Of a stretch of DNA of 64,000 nucleotides, positions 38,475 to 50,978 are shown piece by piece. The stretch spans positions 124,001 to 188,000 of the forward strand of contig JBEUKZ010000065.1 of assembly GCA_048128005.1 (NCBI GenBank). The letters run 5' to 3'. Source of the stretch: Veleropilina oligotropha. Its lineage: Eukaryota. The translations under genes were made by a program, and so were the position numbers. The notes beneath the pieces are model-generated. The model saw nothing but the letters and a program-made list of their open reading frames with translations, did no database searches and was not told the DNA's origin. Every line of letters begins with the position of its first letter. Position 1 is the first letter of the stretch.

Positions 38475-39419
38475 TATTGGATTGGATTTGAATGGGTTAG
38501 TTTATGACAATATTATAACAATTTATCTGTTATATTGGTCACAGGACCACATAGCAGTCAAACATCAACAGAGTTGCCGTTAAGACGGTTTTGTCGTGGC
38601 CTGAGTGTCCGGTATGGTGCCATAGGTGACTTGAATCAATTTTGTCCATCGATGTAGCATGGCGCAGTCGGCGCATGCGTGGAGATTGCATTAAATAAAT
38701 GTGAATTGGCCGTAGCCAAACAAACAAATTATTTTACTTGCCATAAATGAACGAATTTTAAGAATAATGCTATTAATTTCCAGTCAGGAATTTTGCATCG
38801 ATCAAATTTAAATCAATAAGACATATACACTTACAAGATATTTTCTTCATACATATCACTCCATTAAAGCAGCAAAATGGAGCCTGTCACTTGGATGCGT
38901 AAAAGTACAACAAGTTTTGACCGATAAAACTACAGCAATCAAACATCTTAATGAAATTGCTGGAGGGACATTGTTTGCGGTTGCGGCGTTATTCATATGC
39001 ATTCCTCTGGCTCATAATGTATGCAAATGAAGGGTGAGAGTCGGAACACGCAATCGTTAAAAGCGTGGGTACGCACGCATTAGGAGCCGCCATGCTTGAC
39101 GGAACAATGGGATGCATTTCAGGGCGAAGGAAATCATCATTACTCATTTATTCTGCTTCAATCTTGAGAAAGAATAAGAATATGTTCAGGCAGGAACCAC
39201 TCGAAAAAGCTTTGCATTGTCAAACTCGTTTAAATGACATGCTCGACAGAAGACAAGCCTTTCTCACAGAGATAAAAATTCATATTAAAGATTTTACTTT
39301 TAACCAGCGGATATGGTGTATTTGTGAAGACACTAATAGAATCACATAACTAACACTAAGAGCGAGAAAGCACCAGATTCAGATACACATGCATGGGTGT
39401 ACCAATCAGGTAACAGGCT

Positions 39420-39485
39420 CATGGAGGAAATCCCCGGCAAACCTCTGGAATCGAACTCTGGGCATGACAAGTCGAGCGCATCCCC
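39420..39485 (-). mobile_element. Degraded SINE remnant
   Basis: Minus-strand B-box AGTTCGATTCC, and GGAGGAAATCCCCGG resembling the family 1 body. Confidence 0.3.
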
Positions 39486-39544
39486 GGGAATCCGATAGAT
39501 ACACATCACTTAAATATTTTTCAACTTCTTTTTTCGATGCAAAG

Positions 39545-40780
39545 CAGTGTTTGTAACATTGACAACATAAATATCCTACTTTTCACCGCGGGGCCCATGG
39601 TTCCCCGCGGTGAAGGAAATTTTGACAAATATACCTTATAAAATGGTGTTTCCTGGCACTTCAGGCATATTTCACTCTAATACTTAGTATACAATTTTAT
39701 ATATTTTACAAGGTTAGCACATGCACATTAAAGTTTTTCAATTAAATGGTTCATTTCTGCTGTTTTCTTACCAAAACGCAGTAATACCTGTAATGCTCAC
39801 AACTTCTGCAACCAAGCTCAACTCGGTATTGATATGGTTGTACAATTATTGCGACACCACACATCAAAATTTAATTGTAAAGTGCCTTTTCACCCTCTTT
39901 AATGCATATAGTTGACATACAAAACACACAAGTTACGTTAAATGAGTCTTTTTCACAATCCAATCACCATACAAACCACCATTTGGGTCGAACGTCTTCA
40001 ATAAATCTGGCGCTGGGCCCCGTTTCACAAAAAATCATAGACGTAGACGTAATAGAATCTTACGACAATTTTTGACTGGCTGTTAAACTTAACAGCCAAT
40101 CAAAAATTGTCGTAAGATTCTATTACATTTACGACTACGTCTACGATTTTTTGTGAAACGGGGCCCCCATTTTTACTTCAGCTTTCAAATTCGCGCATGG
40201 CCCTATCACGCGAGAGTGTGTTAAATAAATTATTTTTTTAAATTTTGACTTATGATTGTACATTATTTTATTTCATGCTTTATAATTTTAAATAAAGTTT
40301 TCGATAACGGAATAAGTTGATGTTACATTGAATCACCGAACTTTCACTCCAGCTTAAAATAGCGTGCTGTCAGGGGAGGTAACCACGAAAGCACTCTTCC
40401 CCGAGCATTGTTTCAATGGTAATGAATTGATTACGGAAGTAAACGAGCTGACAAAGATTCATCGGGAAAAGACGGACAATGTAAACAAAAAGCATCGGGA
40501 AATTGTACGGCAGAAGCCTTGTACAAATCGGCCCTTGTACGATGTTAGAAAATCAAGTTTGATTAAATATCAGGAACACAATTATCGTAATATTTGGCAT
40601 ATGGAATGTACGGAGTATTTACGTACTAGTATTTGTATTTTAATTGTAATAATTTTAAAGTTAGTGGGAAATGTATCAAATCCCGACGCAGAAGACTCAA
40701 AATCACGCAAATCCGACGATATCCGACAAAATTGTCTGAATCCGATTTTTGTCGGAAAACCCGACGAGTTACAAACACTG
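39545..40780. mobile_element. Non-autonomous CAG-ended TIR transposon with 6-bp TSD
   Basis: Perfect 13-bp TIRs CAGTGTTTGTAAC / GTTACAAACACTG, subterminal CCGAC repeats at the right end, TSD GCAAAG (39539-39544, 40781-40786). Confidence 0.85.
40015..40166. mobile_element. Near-perfect palindromic MITE nested in the 39545-40780 element
   Basis: GGGCCCCGTTTCACAAAAAATC... / ...GATTTTTTGTGAAACGGGGCCC; ~70-bp arms around a 2-nt loop. Confidence 0.85.
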
Positions 40781-41651
40781 GCAAAGTTTCATATACAAAC
40801 GTCAAATGAAATCATTAAGACCAAGCAAACATCATGAATTTCAAAAAAGAAGATAATAATACTTTGTCGCCTGAATGGCACCTGACAACTGGATTTTTAA
40901 GACACAATGTTTTTCTAGTCCGATCAATGATCTGACCAATGCGATCATAAAGGGTTAACAAGATACAAACTAAATCTTATTTCAAATGAATTGAAAAAAG
41001 ATTAAGCCAGCGTCAATGGAGTCCAATTTCCGCCGGGTTTATAATGGGTTAACTCGATGTCAATGTAATCCGATTTCATTCAGGATGACAAGGGGCTCTG
41101 AAGAGGTCACTCTAGCCGCAATACAATGTGGCATTGATGGACTCGAGTCTACTGAATGGCGGTGAATGAATGCACAACAACGGCATTCAATCGCCTCTCG
41201 TATATTCAATGTTTGATTGCGGGTGAAGTCGTTCACACAGTTGGCTTTTGAGTTCTTGATGGCACAGAATGAAGACGAAGCAGAATCGTGGCATTGGTAT
41301 CCTGACATATTTCATGCCCAAAACAGGCGACACAAGAATGGGGGTGACACATACGGCTAGCCTCATGCCACACTTTTCAGGAAATACTCTGGGTATGGTA
41401 TTCCATGATCATCAGGCAGATTCCTCTCAGGTGACGATATGTAATTTTAACAATTTTTCAGTCGTATTGTAGAAGGGGGCCGGGATTAACGTCTTTATCC
41501 GCTAGATGGTTGCTGGGTGCAATGCAGACAAATTATACATGTACAAATTATACATGTATACATGTAATACATACATGTATTTCTGAGAAAAATTCCAGGA
41601 AATTGAACTAAGTTGTCTGTCTCCGTGTTACATCATCACCAATCTGCCATG

Positions 41652-42958
41652 CATCATCCACCATCCCCATACAGCTTCATCTACCATCCCCATACAACAT
41701 CATCCATCATCCCCATACATCATCATCCACCATCCCCATACAGCATCATCCACCATCCCCATACAGCATCATCCACCATCCCCATACAGCATCACCCACC
41801 ATCCCCATACATCATCATCCACCATCCCCATACATCATCATCCACCATCCCCATACAGCATCATCCACCATCCCCATACATCATCATCCACCATCCCCAT
41901 ACATCTTCATCCACCATCCCCATACAGCATCATCCATCATCCCCATACATCATCATCCACCATCCCCATACAGCATCATCCACCATCCCCATACAGCATC
42001 ATCCACCATCCCCATACAGCATCCTCATACAGCATCATACAGCATCATCCACCATCCCCATCCACCATCCCCATACAGCATCATCCACCATCCCCATACA
42101 GCATCATCCACCATCCCCATACATCTTCATCCACCATCCCCATACAGCATCATCCACCATCCCCATACAGCATCATCCACCATCCCCATACATCTTCATC
42201 CACCATCCTCATACAGCATCATACAGCATCATCCACCATCCCCATACAGCATCACCCACCATCCCCATACAGCATCATCCACCATCCCCATACATCTTCA
42301 TCCACCATCCTCATACAGCATCATACAGCATCATCCACCATCCCCATACAGCATCACCCACCATCCCCATACATCATCATCCACCATCCCCATACAGCAT
42401 CACCCACCATCCCCATACAGCATCACCCACCATCCCCATACAGCATCACCCACCATCCCCATACAGCATCATCCACCATCCCCATACAGCATCATCCACC
42501 ATCCCCACACAGCATCATCCACCATCACCATACAGCATCATCCACCATCCCCATACATCTTCATCCACCAACCCCATACAGCATCATACAGCATCATCCA
42601 CCATCCCCATACAGCATCACCCACCATCCCCATACAGCATCATCCACCATCCCCATACAGCATCATCCACCATCCCCATACAGCATCATCCACCATCCCC
42701 ATACAGCATCATTCACCATCCCCATACAGCATCATCCACCATCCCCATACAGCATCATCCACCATCCCCATACAGCATCATCCACCATCCCCATACAGCA
42801 TCATCCACCATCTCCATCCAGTATCACCCACCATCCCCATACAGCATCACCCACCATCCCCATACAGCATCACCCACCATCCCCATACAGCATCATCCAC
42901 CATCCCCATCATCCACCATCCCCATACAGCATCATCCACCATCCCCATACAGCATCAT
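41652..42958. repeat. Minisatellite, 23-bp unit, ~55 copies
   Basis: Unit CATCATCCACCATCCCCATACAG with short indel variants. Confidence 0.97.
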
Positions 42959-44228
42959 GACAAGCAATGCATGACAATCGTCATATTATTACAGTTCAGG
43001 CACATACAATTATCCATTATAGAATGCCCCATGTGTTCAAAGCGAACATCCTGTACAATTATGCTGTTTAAATTTACCTTTGTCATTTACCAATACCGCT
43101 TAACACATTATACATTCATAAACACAACAGTCAAGTTTCACAAGATACTATCGTCGCGAGAATGTGTTGCATATAGCTGAAGGCGCTCAATGAAAACTCG
43201 ATTAAGATTAAAATAGTATTTCTTAAGCTGTTTTTTCTTTCTCTTTTCAGCTTGTATATCAAAGGCTGACTTTGTTTTGTGCTGGCACCTGTGGCAGGGG
43301 GAGTGGTCTCCTAGCCACTGGAGCACAAACAGCAAATAAGCAATGGCGTCTGCCAACAGGCAATGTCTCATATTAACTGTTGCCGCTTCAATGTCCCTAA
43401 TTGACAAGGACTGGGAAAATTCATAGAAAACATAATTCAATTCAGGGTAGAATTCCGAGCTATCAGTTGATTGCAAAATATTAGTAAAGGATTGTAGTTT
43501 TCGATTCTTATTTCATACAAACAAGAAATATCTCTGCCAATAATGTGCCAGTAAGCATTCAGTCTAAATGGCAAGGTAAAACCGAGGAAGATATAAATTT
43601 CCTTGCCCAGGACCACAAACCACTGCATCCGAAGTCTTATGCTCTACACGAAAGTCACGACGACTGTACAGAAAGATGTGGGCTTAGCGTCTCAATACAT
43701 CTGGGCAGCACTTGCTCTGGAGACTTCCTGGTTTGACGTTATGGGTTTGTTTCAATCTACCATCATGCCCCCCCCCCCCCCCCCCGTTCGCTGTGGACCT
43801 TACAGCATATGTATACATGTGGGAAGCGCTATGACTAACAAAATATTTCTGTCGTGGCACACCCGTTAACCATTTAAATAGAGATCACTAGATACACATA
43901 TATTTTCCTGCCCAACGGTGATCAAACCACGTTGGATCCTTACATTAAAAATCCAGTGTTTAAGCTATGGCAAATATTCAAAGGATATCATGTACCTCAG
44001 GCATATCTTTTCTTTAATACTAGTTTTCAGCGAAACAACTTGTGTAGCACAATACTGGTATACTGGTGATATGCTGCTTGAATATCAAGGCCACTATTAA
44101 ATTAACATCTCACGTTCTTAATCCTGTGTATTTCAATTTCCTGGGGACAGAAGGTCACACAGAATAGTAACAAGAAACCTCCGACCAAGAAGCCTCAATC
44201 TATTGTCGCAGGTGATCTTTAGAAGTTC

Positions 44229-44392
44229 CTAACTAGTTGCTTTTATAGGCGATAGTCTTCCATTGAGGGGAGACCGGGTATAGCCAGAGATGCTCATATG
44301 CTCCATTCCACTATCCAGTCGCCACTCATCCCGTCTTGTCCTGTCTTCGTTGAAAACATCCAGAAATACACGGAGAGTCAACAGAGGCCCAT
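44229..44392 (-). other. Candidate exon (acceptor plus 54-codon open frame ending in a stop)
   Basis: GATTTGTTACAG|AT GGG CCT... reads xGPLLTLRVFLDVFNEDRTRRDEWRLDSGMEHMSISGYTRSPLNGRLSPIKATS*; no family recognised. Confidence 0.25.
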
Positions 44393-44893
44393 CTGTAACA
44401 AATCGACACCAAATCGAAACGCACCGTCTCTATTTGCCAGAGCATGTACTGCATTAACAAAGCACAAACCGACACAGCGCAAGTGATTATTTGAAGAGCT
44501 AACTGGATCAGTCGAGGACTAAAGACATTTAATTAGTGCTTTAATTGCTTGTCACAATAATTCATGTCGCCAGATTGTGTGCCAGTAATGCTTTATCCAA
44601 GATATTGTGCATACTCAAAACAGCAATTAAAATGGACACAGAGATTTTAAAACTTGATGGCAAAAAGCACATATCTATAAATAAATGAAAGAAATGCTCC
44701 TCACATTAATATAATATGAATAGTCATCGCACGTGCAAATTGCTTCACCAATATTCAATAACTTAAAACTTCTCAATCAAAACGTTGAAAAAGCAGATTA
44801 TTAAAATTAACTAGTCACAATACTCCCATTTGTGTACAACCTTCTTACACAATAATTCACAGCCAATAATGCAAAATAAATTTATAAAACTTT

Positions 44894-45562
44894 ACAAAAG
44901 TCGAGGGGGTGTATCCCCTCCCAGTATTAACGGCAGTCAATCTTAAATCCAAAACAATGAAAATGGTGAAAATCGATAGGCGTCATGTCCTCGTGAATAT
45001 CAAATTCGAATCAAATCGGATAAGAGCTGTTCACTATCGAGCGCGCACAAGAAATCTCGTCTGACAAAATGGCCACCACGGCAGCAATCTTGAATCCTAA
45101 AATGATGAAAGTCGGTAGGCGGCATGTGCTCATCATAACTAACATGTATAACCAATTTGAATCAAATCGGATTAAAACTTTTCACACAAAAATGCTCCAA
45201 GGAAATCTCTTCAAACAAAATGGCAGCCATCTTGAATCCGAAAAATGACGAAAATTGTCCGGCGACGTGTCGTCATCATATGTAACATGCAAACCCAATT
45301 TGAATCAAATCGGATTAGAACTTCTTACTTTAGAGGGCACACAAGAAATTTCTTCAAACAAAATGGCCGCCATCTTGAATCCCAAAACGAAGAAATTCAT
45401 TATGCGGCGTACGTGTCCTCATCCTATCTAACATGTATAACACATTTGAATCAAATCAGATTAGGACTATCCACTGTAGAGTGCACACAAGAAATCTCTG
45501 CGACGGACACGGCTGAACAATGACTAAACCATACTAGCCCCAACTATTGTTCGGGGATAAAA
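44894..45562 (+). mobile_element. HINE/pearl-like element family E, copy 2
   Basis: Same 5' hairpin (GAGGGG..CCCCTC), cores and 3' GGCTGAAC..CTAAACCATACTA..TCGGGGATA as 35487-36206. Confidence 0.8.
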
Positions 45563-45651
45563 TATATGTCACTGTTATTAATAGATTGCAAGTAAATCGG
45601 TCATACTTGTTGCAATTTTATAGATCAGAAATTTGATTGAAGTTGTGTCTT

Positions 45652-46101
45652 CAAGAATATCCGCCTAACACAAGAATATCCACCTAACACAAGAATATCC
45701 ACCTAACACAAGAATACAGCTCGACAGTTACAAGAATATCCACCTAACACAAGAATACAGCTCCACAGTTACAAGAATATCCACCTAACACAAGAATACA
45801 GCTCCACAGTTACAAGAATATCCACCTAACACAAGAATACAGCTCGACAGTTACAAGAATATCCACCTAACACAAGAATACAGCTCCACAGTTACAAGAA
45901 TATCCACCTAACACAAGAATACAGCTCCACAGTTACAAGAATATCCACCTAACACAAGAATACAGCTCGACAGTTACAAGAATATCCACCTAACACAAGA
46001 ATACAGCTCCACAGTTACAAGAATATCCACCTAACACAAGAATACAGCTCCACAGTTACAAGAATATCCACCTAACACAAGAATACAGCTCCACAGTTAC
46101 A
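45652..46101. repeat. Compound minisatellite, 41-bp unit (19+22), ~10 copies
   Basis: CAAGAATATCCACCTAACA plus CAAGAATACAGCTCSACAGTTA; the array begins with three 19-bp monomers. Confidence 0.97.
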
Positions 46102-46339
46102 TATTTCTGTATATATTATAATCCTGTTACAGTCACTATCATTCTTTAGGACTCTTGGGAACAGGGAGTTGATAGTCACTGAGCCCCTGTCGTCTGCTGA
46201 GAGGCTATCTCCGGGTAAGGTAAACAGACTTCAGTTATCAGTGGAATCTCATAACAGCTACTTCACATAATCTACTTATCAAGATCTCTCCTCTGCTGCT
46301 ACATAATTTCTGACCTAAATCAATTTAGTACTTCCTTAC

Positions 46340-46366
46340 CGGGGTAACAGCAAGAACAACTTGAAC
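46340..46366 (-). other. Candidate 27-nt microexon
   Basis: TGTATCTATTACAG|GTTCAAGTTGTTCTTGCTGTTACCCCG|GTAAGG. Confidence 0.25.
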
Positions 46367-46908
46367 CTGTAATAGATACAGTTGTCAAGGCTTCAAAAAT
46401 ATATATTTCAAACGCTTGTATCTCTGCTAAAGTTTGCTGTCACAGAAATATCTCGATTACTTCAGTTAAAGGCTAAATCCAGGATAGTTTTCATAAAATA
46501 TTTTTGAGGAGATGTTGAAAATATTTTTGAAATATTTTATAACCCAAAAATTTGTTGCCTTTCAAGTTATAACAACCATATGCATTATTACGCCGTTTAT
46601 CCGGTGGTTCCAAGATTCCAATGTTAATGTAATAGATGTGTGTGCGCAATGTTAATGTAATAGGTGTGTGTACCCAATGTTAATGTAATAGGAGTGTGTG
46701 CGTTATTACAATAATTTACTGGAGAAAGTGGAATCTAAAATCCGGCAGAATGACCAGGACATGATATACGTTTCTTTATGGCGAATATATGAACATGGGT
46801 ATAACAACATAAACCAGATATTCCGGGTTTGAGGAGATGTTGTTATTGGTTCCGATGTCGTAATGTAAAATTGTTTTATTTACTTAGGAACTTGTTTTGA
46901 AGTACCAC

Positions 46909-47041
46909 GTTTCGACTGCACGTCTATCTGTCTTGATCGCGTAGTGATCTCGTTTGTCATCTACTACAGCCTGATACCCAGCACTCCAAGCAGCAAACAA
47001 GATTACTACGTGATGAAGACTGTTACATATGCAGTCGAAAC
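46909..47041. mobile_element. Inverted pair of degenerate Penelope-type hammerhead motifs
   Basis: Arms at 46909-46956 and 46994-47041. The + arm reads gTGATGAA-GACTG-loop-CAGTC-GAAAC; the - arm is a more mutated copy. Confidence 0.55.
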
Positions 47042-47092
47042 AGAAAACAATTTTACGTTATCCCAGGATTTCTTCCCTAAATAATATGGATA

Positions 47093-47293
47093 CTGTAAAA
47101 CCCCATATTTTAGCATTCCTTTTATTTTCGCGAGTTTCGCGTACCTATTATTATCGCGAAAATAAAAGGCCGCGAAATACTTTATGGAATAAAGCTCAAT
47201 TAACATATGGATTACAAATTTACAAGGCCACTAATATACAAGTATATGAGAAATCGCTAAATTTTATGGCCGCTAAAATATAGGGGTTTACAG
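47093..47293. mobile_element. Tc1/mariner-superfamily (Tc2/pogo-like) MITE
   Basis: TIRs CTGTAAAACCCCATATTTTAGC / GCTAAAATATAGGGGTTTACAG flanked by TA; internal CGCGAAA motifs. Confidence 0.8.
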
Positions 47294-47380
47294 TATGTCC
47301 CTAATAAAACCATAGATGTTAAAACGAATTATACATTCAACATTCAGATTTTTTTTAGGTATTTAGTAAAATGAATAATT

Positions 47381-48547
47381 AAACTAGAAATGTGTCTACC
47401 GACACTGCAGATGCCCCCGGTATATGTTCAAAGCCATTGATGCTTCATCACTATATCTGTTCTTAAACATTATAAAAGGGAAAGATGATGTCGTTGTTCT
47501 ATCATTCTGCTGACTGTAAGTATAAAGTGCACCAAGCATTTGCACAGGCATCCCCAAAGGTGCGAAGCCTTGTTAATTAAAGATACTGATTCCGCTTTAT
47601 TACTAAATTACATATACATATTTTTCATTCCATATTCGAACTCATGATAGTTCATACTTATATATAATAGCATATGAAGTTTGAAGAAGGTGGCTATTGA
47701 TTAACATAGAAAAGTTAGATGAGTTTATTACAGCTCCAGAGACTATGTTAAAAAACGTAAAAAATGGAGTAAAAAATAAATATTTTCGATCAATATTCGA
47801 ACTCATCATAGTACATACTTATATATAATAGGTTATGAAGTTTGAAGACGATGGCTATTGATTAACATCGAAAAAGTTAGGTGAGTTTCTTATTGTATGA
47901 TATAAGAAATTAAGCTCCAGAGACTATGTCCAAAAGCATGAAAGATGCGGTAAAAATACATATTTTCATTCAACATTCGAACTCATGATAGTTCATACTT
48001 ATATATAATAGCATATGAAGTTTGAAGACGGTGGCTATTGATTAACATCGAAAAAGTTAGGTGAGTTTCTTATAGCACGAGATCAGAAATTACGCTCCAG
48101 AGACATGTTCAGAAACGTAAAAAATGTAGTAAAAAATAAATATTTTCATTCAACATTCGAACTCATGATAGTTCATACTTATTATTATATATAATAGCTT
48201 ATGAAGTTTGAAGATGGCTATTGATTAACATCGAAAAAGTTAGGTGAGTTTCTTATGACATGAGATCAGTAATGAACGTCCAGAGACTATGTTCAAAAAC
48301 GTAAAGAATGTGGTAAAAAATAAATATTTTCATTCAATATTCGAACTCATGATAGTTCATACTTATATCTAATAGCATATTAAGTTTGAAGAAGGTCGCT
48401 CATGATTAACATCGAAAAAGATAAGTGAGTTCAATCTGTTATGGATGGATGGATGGATGGACGGACGGACCGACGGATGGACGAACCAAAAGCATAATGC
48501 CCCCTGGCCGACTCAAGTCGAGCCGGGGGGGGGGGGGGCATAATAAA
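47381..48547 (+). mobile_element. HINE/pearl-like element family D
   Basis: AAACTAGA start, hairpin GTGTC-TACC-GACAC followed by ATGCCCC, ~181-bp cores x~5, GGAT/GGAC microsatellite and terminal hairpin ATGCCCC..CGACT-CA-AGTCG..GGGGCAT. Confidence 0.85.
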
Positions 48548-49781
48548 TCACTTTATCAATAGCAAACAACAGTCATCGGAAGATGACGTATCCCCCTGGT
48601 GCAATGTTAACGAATTTCCCGTACGGAATGCTACATGCGGATAACCGGACAGGAATAAACTGCATACATGGAAACATAGCCTAATACACCCATAAATTTT
48701 TGTGGAAAAATACATTTAGTATGATTTACAAATAAATTTATTACCAGAACATATTTATAATAAAGAACTATTTTATATACAAGTAATTATCGTCGATGAT
48801 TTCCGGCGAAAAATAATTTCCGAAATTTACCGATTTGGTAATAAAACGGTTAAACGCATAATCCGGATAATCGCATAAATAATCGTGACAATCTCGCTAT
48901 GCAAATAAGCGGGTTCCACTGTACCTTGAAGTAGATAATAATATTGTATATAGGCTACCGAATATCTTTAATTTACTGTGTCCATTACTTTCGCCACATG
49001 TGGGTCCTAATTTATTCCGATATCTATTTTTTCCGTTCTGAAAATTTACGGAAATATAGAAAAGGTCAAGACATATTTCGAACGCATCGTTCTTGTTGAT
49101 TAGTTGGTTTTGGCAAGAACTTAATCTTTTCAAATGTACTTTTTATTTCATGAACAAGCTAAAACTATGTATATAATATATATATATATATTTATTATCT
49201 AAGGCAGGATGATAGCGTAGATGTTGCACATCACATAACGTCATTATATCTTCCAGATGAAATAATCAATATGTATACCTGTATCCAGTATTACAACCAC
49301 ATTCATCAAGTATTATATTTTTACACAATTGGAGTAAATAATCATACAAAAAGGCTAAATATTGAGATGTTCATGTTACAGTGCAATAGAGAATGATTCT
49401 GATAGTTGTCCCATTATTGCCGGTCAAATCTAAGTTGTTCAGCAGAACTGATTGATATTAACGTACAAGCTTAAAGTATGTGACATATCCTAGTACATGT
49501 ATCACTGTTTCCTTATAAATCACACAAGCTCATTTCTTAAATAATAAATTGTCAAAATTATTTGTAATTTCAAATTATATGAAGAATATGAACAATGTGT
49601 GATTTAATATTTGACTTGACATGAATTTGACTTTATTCTTATAGATATACTAAATGGACAATCAGACAGACGAACGGTGTTATATCATGGTTGTTTGACA
49701 TAAAACCAGTTACTGGTTTCCTGGAACCCCACTGGGCCATGTTAATTTCTGGGCTTAATAACATGGGTTATCTCATTTAGC

Positions 49782-49968
49782 GTGGAACAGGTCACTGGAT
49801 GGCACTAGGTGGGACAGGTCACCGGATGGCACTAGGTGGGACAGGTCACTGGATGGCACTAGGTGGGACAGGTCACTGGATGGCACTAGGTGGGACAGGT
49901 CACTGGATGGCACTAGGTGGGACAGGTCACTGGATGGCACTAGGTGGGACAGGTCACTGGATGGCACT
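49782..49968. repeat. Minisatellite, 27-bp unit, ~7 copies
   Basis: Unit GTGGGACAGGTCACTGGATGGCACTAG. Confidence 0.97.
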
Positions 49969-50926
49969 TCACAGTATAAACATTGGAACTAACTTAGAGT
50001 TTATCACTATGAAACGTTTATAACTTTGGACAACTGAAATTAAATCTGTACTTAGAAAATAAGACTGTATCAAATTCTGATACATCGCTGAATATATATT
50101 CCTGAATTAATATTACCATTATCACAAACGCTGACAATTGTTGAGTTATTATTCATATTTATTTCTAACACGATTGTAGTTTGTGTATCAGTTATCACAT
50201 TAATACAGTATTTGCCTGATAAGTGTGTATATATATATATCATAGCGATAATAACAATAACACACCTGATAACAACAATAACACACCCGTGGGCTTCTCT
50301 CCAGAGCATAAGCAAAGAAATAACTGTGCATCGCCTCATAAACTCAGTGATGAAGCTGTTGTTTTCATTGGCTATATTAGACGGCCATAAACTACCAGGA
50401 GAGGCTGTAGTAAACAGTTGTAAAGCCGCAAAAAATGGATTTCTCTCCAACAGGAGGTTTAGCAGAACACTTCGGCTGAGAGAGACATATAAATAACCCT
50501 TGAGATGCCGACCAATGTCTATCAATATACAGTCATTGTAGCAGGGTCTACAGAAAATAAATAACACGCATGTTAGGGGCATATCACATGCCAGCCGCAC
50601 ATGGAAGCTCAGCCCGGCCTATGTTCCTTGTACAAATATTTTGGATACGGTATAGGGTTACTATCAGAGGAGTCAGAATGCAACACACTATTCCTTGCTG
50701 CCAGAGTGGCACAAAGCACACAGCTATCGCTTGCCTAACCATGACGGACAACATAATAATCATGGCAACACCAACCTGGTAGGCAAAGAATAAGGTAGGA
50801 GGGAGCATACCGGGGTGATCCTGGAACCATTGGTATATACAGCATCTCCTGAGCACTGACACTGGCCAGCGCTCCATGGCCAGAGCACTAATCTCGCACC
50901 TATCCCTGTGATCTGCCTATACTCAC

Positions 50927-50978
50927 CGGATGGTCCTGACAGTGGGAGCCTCATCAACACCTCACAAAGCACTTGAAT
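50927..50978 (-). other. Candidate exon with a strong donor (52 nt internal, or the 3' part of a first exon)
   Basis: CTCCCTTATCTGCAG|ATTCAAG...CCATCCG|GTGAGT inside a GC-rich unique block (50570-51290) that has a GC box GGGGCGGAGC at 51134-51143. Confidence 0.3.

Noticed and set aside
40364..40837. 157-aa ORF
   Set aside because: It lies within a non-autonomous TIR element, runs through subterminal repeats and past the TIR, and shows no transposase motifs.
41613..42974. 453-aa His/Pro/Ser/Ile-rich ORF
   Set aside because: The 23-bp unit is not a multiple of 3 and lacks stops by composition, so the peptide cycles through frames; there is no ATG start or splice support.
43251..43376. Plus-strand acceptor-like sites (43250, 7329, 46149)
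   Set aside because: No consistent donors or recognisable peptides, and no coherent plus-strand gene model.
48573..49260. Possible degenerate TIR element (TCATC..GGAAGAT..GACGT ends); also a Tigger-like left end near 56300
   Set aside because: The ends are too diverged or unpaired and there is no TSD, so boundaries cannot be supported.
50070..50600. 176-aa ORF
   Set aside because: Low-complexity AT-rich translation with no recognisable domain.
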